In this document: one piece after another, positions 60,827 to 64,000 of the stretch | Layout: every line of letters starts with the position of its first letter | Position numbering within the stretch: position 1 is the stretch's first letter | From: Verrucomicrobiota bacterium | Lineage (GTDB): Bacteria; Verrucomicrobiota; Verrucomicrobiia; Verrucomicrobiales; Verrucomicrobiaceae | Direction: 5' to 3' | DNA: 64,000 nt | Assembly (NCBI GenBank): GCA_043758025.1 | Contig: JAYVOH010000098.1 | Location: 199 to 64,198, forward strand | Program-made: the position numbers and the translations under genes | Notes under the pieces: model-generated | Told to the model about the DNA's origin: nothing | Database searches by the model: none | Seen by the model: the letters and a program-made list of their open reading frames with translations, nothing else

Positions 60827-63589
60827 TTAGTCGTCGGTTGAAATTTGATTCACATCCAGCGAGACGAAACTTAACAGATCCGCGTCGCTCAGTTCAGTAA
60901 GTGGCAATTCTCCGCCGCTGGCAAGCACACCTTCAGCAAGGTCGCGTTTTTCCGTGATCACGCGGTCGATCCTCTCTTCCAAAGTGCCGCGACAGACGAA
61001 TTTATGAACGAGCACGTTTTTTTTCTGGCCGATGCGGAAAGCGCGGTCGGTGGCCTGAGTTTCCACGGCGGGATTCCACCATCGATCAAAATGAATCACG
61101 TGCGATGCCGCCGTGAGAGTCAGTCCGGTGCCACCCGCCTTCAGCGATAGAATAAAATACGGCGGGCCTGATTCGCGCTGGAACTCATCGACCAGCGCGC
61201 GCCGCTGTTTCACGTCCGTCTTGCCCGTCAAGACAAGTCCATCACGCCCAAAGATGCCCCTCATGAAATCGCGGAGCGCCGGGATGATCTGGGTGAATTG
61301 CGTGAAGACCAGCACCCGCTCCTGCCGCTCAGCGATAGGCTGGCAGAGTTCGCGCAACCTCGCAAACTTCCCACTTTGCGCGGGATCATAGTGGGTGTCA
61401 CCGCTGTGTTGCGCGGGGTGGTTGCAAATCTGCTTGAAGGCCATGAGCGCAGCGAGGATAAGGCCTTTTTTTTGCACGCCTTTGGTCTCGGACAGATCCT
61501 TTGCGAGCTGATCCACCACGCGCTGATAGAGAATGGCCTGGGGCTTGGTCAGCAGACACCAGGCGTTCATCTCGGTCTTGTCCGGAAGATCAGAGATGAT
61601 GGTCTTGTCCGTCTTCAGTCGTCGCAAAATGTAGGGCCGGACCAGCTTGCGCATGGGTCCGTATTGCATGCCGTCGTTGCTGGACAATGATTTCACAAAT
61701 CTCCCGAACGCGGCACCGGAGCCGAGCAGTCCGGGGTTGATGAAATCGAACAAAGACCACAAGTCGCCCAGCCGGTTCTCCACCGGTGTGCCGGTCAGAA
61801 CAATGCGATTGTCCGCCTGCAATTCTTTCACGGCGCGGGTTTGCGAAGCGCCGGGATTTTTGATGGCCTGCGCTTCATCGAGCACCGCAAGCCTCCAGCG
61901 CTGCTGCTTGAGCGCCTTGACTCGCAACATCATACCGTAGGTGGTGAGCACGAGATCGACGCCTTGCAGTGATTGCTCATTGCCTTCGGTGAAACGTTGG
62001 AGCCGATCCGGTTCAGCGCCCGAAGGATGAGCAATAAACAGCCGTAGCGTCGGCGCGAACTTGTCGGCCTCGCCCTTCCAGTTCGCCAGCAAAGACGCGG
62101 GCGCGACCAGCAACGACGCGCCGCCATCCGGTGCCGTGCGTTTTAAATGTAGCAACAAGGCGAGCACCTGAATCGTTTTGCCGAGGCCCATGTCATCCGC
62201 GAGGCACGCGCCGAGGCCGATCCGAGTCATGAAGTGCAGCCAGTTGACGCCATCGCGTTGATAGGGTCGCAGCGTGGCCTTGAGATCGGGATGCCCGGCG
62301 ATTTCATTCAGTCGCGCCGGATCACGCAAGTCTCCGAGCATCTTCTCCAACCACGGACCCGCTTCAATACCCGTCCATGCGCGCGCATCTTCAGTCAAAA
62401 GTTTCGCATCCGCACCTTCGATGCTCGCGCCGGAGAGCAGCCGCATCGCTTGGAGAAAAGAAATGCCGCCCGCGAATTGCATCGTCTGCGCCTGCCGCCA
62501 GTGATCGAGCACCGCTTGCAGTTTCTCCGCATCCGCCTCCACCCATTTGCCTTTGACGAGCACTAGGCCTTCCGCTGTTTTCAGGGCAAGAAGTTCGTTC
62601 GGCGTGAGCTTTTCTCCATCAAGCGTCAGCTCAATCTTAAAGCTGAGCAGGTCGCCTATGTCGAAAGCCTTCGGCGCCCCAGCACCCACCGTCACGGAAA
62701 CTTTCGGGCGCGGCGGTGCGGATGGGTTCCACCAATCCGGAATGCGCACCGTGAGTCCGCATTCTTCGAAGCGCGGAACTTCTCTCAAGAACTTCAAGGC
62801 CTGCCCCGGAGTCCAGCTTTGGGGCCGATAGATATCGCCGCTCTCCACTTGATCCTTGGCCCACGCGCTCTGCTCCGCTGCACGGCTCAGGGGTTCCAGA
62901 AGATTGAGCAACACCGTGCGATTCTGCGCTCCGGCGTATTCCTTGACCGCCTGTTGCAGTGGGAGATGCCGCGCTTTGCCCTCGGCGTTGAGTCCGCTCG
63001 TGTAAGTCGCGAGAAATGCAAAAGGATGATCGGGATTCTTTTTGTTCTCGGCCAGATGCAACGTGACCCGTCCCACCAGATGCCAGTGCGGCAGCGTCTC
63101 TCGCAACCAGGCATCCGGGCCCGAAAGATGCGCTGACGAACGCGCGATCACATGATTTCCAAACGCCGACCACAGTGCCCGCAACACGTCCGCAGTGAGA
63201 TGTTCCGCGCCCCGCATCGGCGGAACTTGCTCGATGAATTTCGCCACCTCTGAATCGGACAATGCTTCGGGCGCAACCCCGCCCCGATGGCAAAATCGCG
63301 ACAGCCAATGCCCCGCGATTTCGCGCCAATAGATCGCAGGCGGCGGCAGATCGGCGCTGGTTTTCAGTGAAGCCAGCCAGAACAGCAACTCGGCTCCGCC
63401 CTGCTCTAGATATTCTCTGGCGGGCTGTTCATGACTCGGAGAAAAACATGATGATTCATCGCTCAGCTCGTCAGCGACGATATGACCTTCAGAAGTTAGA
63501 GAGAGCGAGAGCGGCAAGGTCCCGCGAAATAGAACATGTTTGGATTGCGGGCAAGTGCTTTGCACTTTCCATTTTGTCCGAAATTTCAC
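60827..63589 (-). CDS. SNF2-family DEAD/DEAH-box helicase with bacterial SNF2-associated N-domain
   Basis: Helicase motifs LADDMGLGKT, DEAQAIKN, ..LTGTPVENRL.., the C-terminal ..LKAGGTGLTLT.. and ..QATDRAFRIGQ... The start is uncertain. Confidence 0.85.
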   Translation of the reverse strand: MKFRTKWKVQSTCPQSKHVLFRGTLPLSLSLTSEGHIVADELSDESSCFSPSHEQPAREYLEQGGAELLFWLASLKTSADLPPPAIYWREIAGHWLSRFCHRGGVAPEALSDSEVAKFIEQVPPMRGAEHLTADVLRALWSAFGNHVIARSSAHLSGPDAWLRETLPHWHLVGRVTLHLAENKKNPDHPFAFLATYTSGLNAEGKARHLPLQQAVKEYAGAQNRTVLLNLLEPLSRAAEQSAWAKDQVESGDIYRPQSWTPGQALKFLREVPRFEECGLTVRIPDWWNPSAPPRPKVSVTVGAGAPKAFDIGDLLSFKIELTLDGEKLTPNELLALKTAEGLVLVKGKWVEADAEKLQAVLDHWRQAQTMQFAGGISFLQAMRLLSGASIEGADAKLLTEDARAWTGIEAGPWLEKMLGDLRDPARLNEIAGHPDLKATLRPYQRDGVNWLHFMTRIGLGACLADDMGLGKTIQVLALLLHLKRTAPDGGASLLVAPASLLANWKGEADKFAPTLRLFIAHPSGAEPDRLQRFTEGNEQSLQGVDLVLTTYGMMLRVKALKQQRWRLAVLDEAQAIKNPGASQTRAVKELQADNRIVLTGTPVENRLGDLWSLFDFINPGLLGSGAAFGRFVKSLSSNDGMQYGPMRKLVRPYILRRLKTDKTIISDLPDKTEMNAWCLLTKPQAILYQRVVDQLAKDLSETKGVQKKGLILAALMAFKQICNHPAQHSGDTHYDPAQSGKFARLRELCQPIAERQERVLVFTQFTQIIPALRDFMRGIFGRDGLVLTGKTDVKQRRALVDEFQRESGPPYFILSLKAGGTGLTLTAASHVIHFDRWWNPAVETQATDRAFRIGQKKNVLVHKFVCRGTLEERIDRVITEKRDLAEGVLASGGELPLTELSDADLLSFVSLDVNQISTDD

Positions 63590-64000
63590 TTGCCATTTTA
63601 GGGTCTATTGAGTAAAACATTTTTCCATGACGACACAGCCCAGATTTTCAACGGCTCAACGGCTCAACGGATTTAGCGGCTCAACCCGCGCTGCTTTTAC
63701 AAGGCGCGATTTCGGTGGATCGGGCGGATGGTCGGGCGATGGTAAGAGCCCGTCCGACAAGCGGCGGGCTTGAATCGCGGCTGGATATTGGAGCCGCTCG
63801 CCTCGGCATCGACGGCTCGGGTCAGAGCAGCCCCGACCTGAGCACGATCCAGCCCGATTTCCAAGTCACATCGGTGGCAATCAAGCCGTGTTCGCTGGGC
63901 ATGGAGCGGCAACGTGGCGTTCCTCGACATGATCGAGCTGCAAGTGGATCGCGGCGACGGCAAGGGCTTCGTTTTTCTGACCTACGGCACCACGCCCGGC

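Noticed and set aside
63627-64000. Coding potential at the right window edge, including the 63697-63963 minus ORF and plus-strand frames
   Set aside because: The plus frame from ATG 63739 looks coding (GC3-rich) until about 63900. After that the GC3-rich frame shifts by one (..NVAFLDMIELQVDRGDGKGFVFLTYGTTPG). This could be two genes, a GTG start at 63914 or a frameshift. The fragment is too short and truncated to decide. The minus ORF has a poor, Arg/Cys-rich translation.
1-64000. Search by eye for rRNA, tRNA, tmRNA, integrase or serine-recombinase genes, prophage structural genes, reverse transcriptases and Cas genes
   Set aside because: None was recognised in any intergenic region or ORF translation. 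Their absence cannot be proven without tRNAscan, Infernal or HMM searches.

Overview
High-GC bacterial chromosome segment (roughly 60-65% GC judged by eye, not computed). It is most likely Verrucomicrobiota. That call is an inference from a giant PEP-CTERM-anchored autotransporter-associated beta-strand-repeat protein, giant TPR and Sel1 proteins, and mostly Shine-Dalgarno-poor starts. Housekeeping genes are clear: guaB, a CvfB-like S1 protein, guaA, an HtrA/DegP protease, rsuA, trxB, ribE, pheA, an Aas-like acyl ligase, recN, tyrS and rnhA. Envelope genes are also present: an L,D-transpeptidase, an OmpA-like protein, YihY, an AI-2E permease fusion and a GlsB/YeaQ protein. The most notable signal is a recurring architecture. 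Small, visibly AT-richer accessory islets sit exactly at the 3' ends of core genes. Each is bracketed by direct repeats that duplicate the last codons and stop codon of that gene, and none carries a recombinase. (1) 7936-10903 follows the PEP-CTERM gene. It holds a BglII/BamHI-fold endonuclease, an MT-A70 methylase, and a second methylase whose interior was replaced by a DUF4145 cassette. (2) Two tandem islets follow guaA. The first carries a HEPN-like ORF plus a RelE toxin-antitoxin pair, and the second carries a Fic gene. (3) 38783-43590 follows the Aas-like gene. It is a translationally coupled three-gene operon encoding secreted or membrane proteins, including a DUF900-type alpha/beta hydrolase. 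Twin-hairpin palindromic elements mark several islet borders. Also present are an IS200-like Y1 transposase (RAYT-like) flanked by ~100-bp inverted hairpin arrays, three toxin-antitoxin pairs and an SNF2 helicase/SWIM pair. I recognised no rRNA, tRNA, CRISPR array or integrase. All family assignments rest on motifs read by eye from the translations, because no searches could be run.
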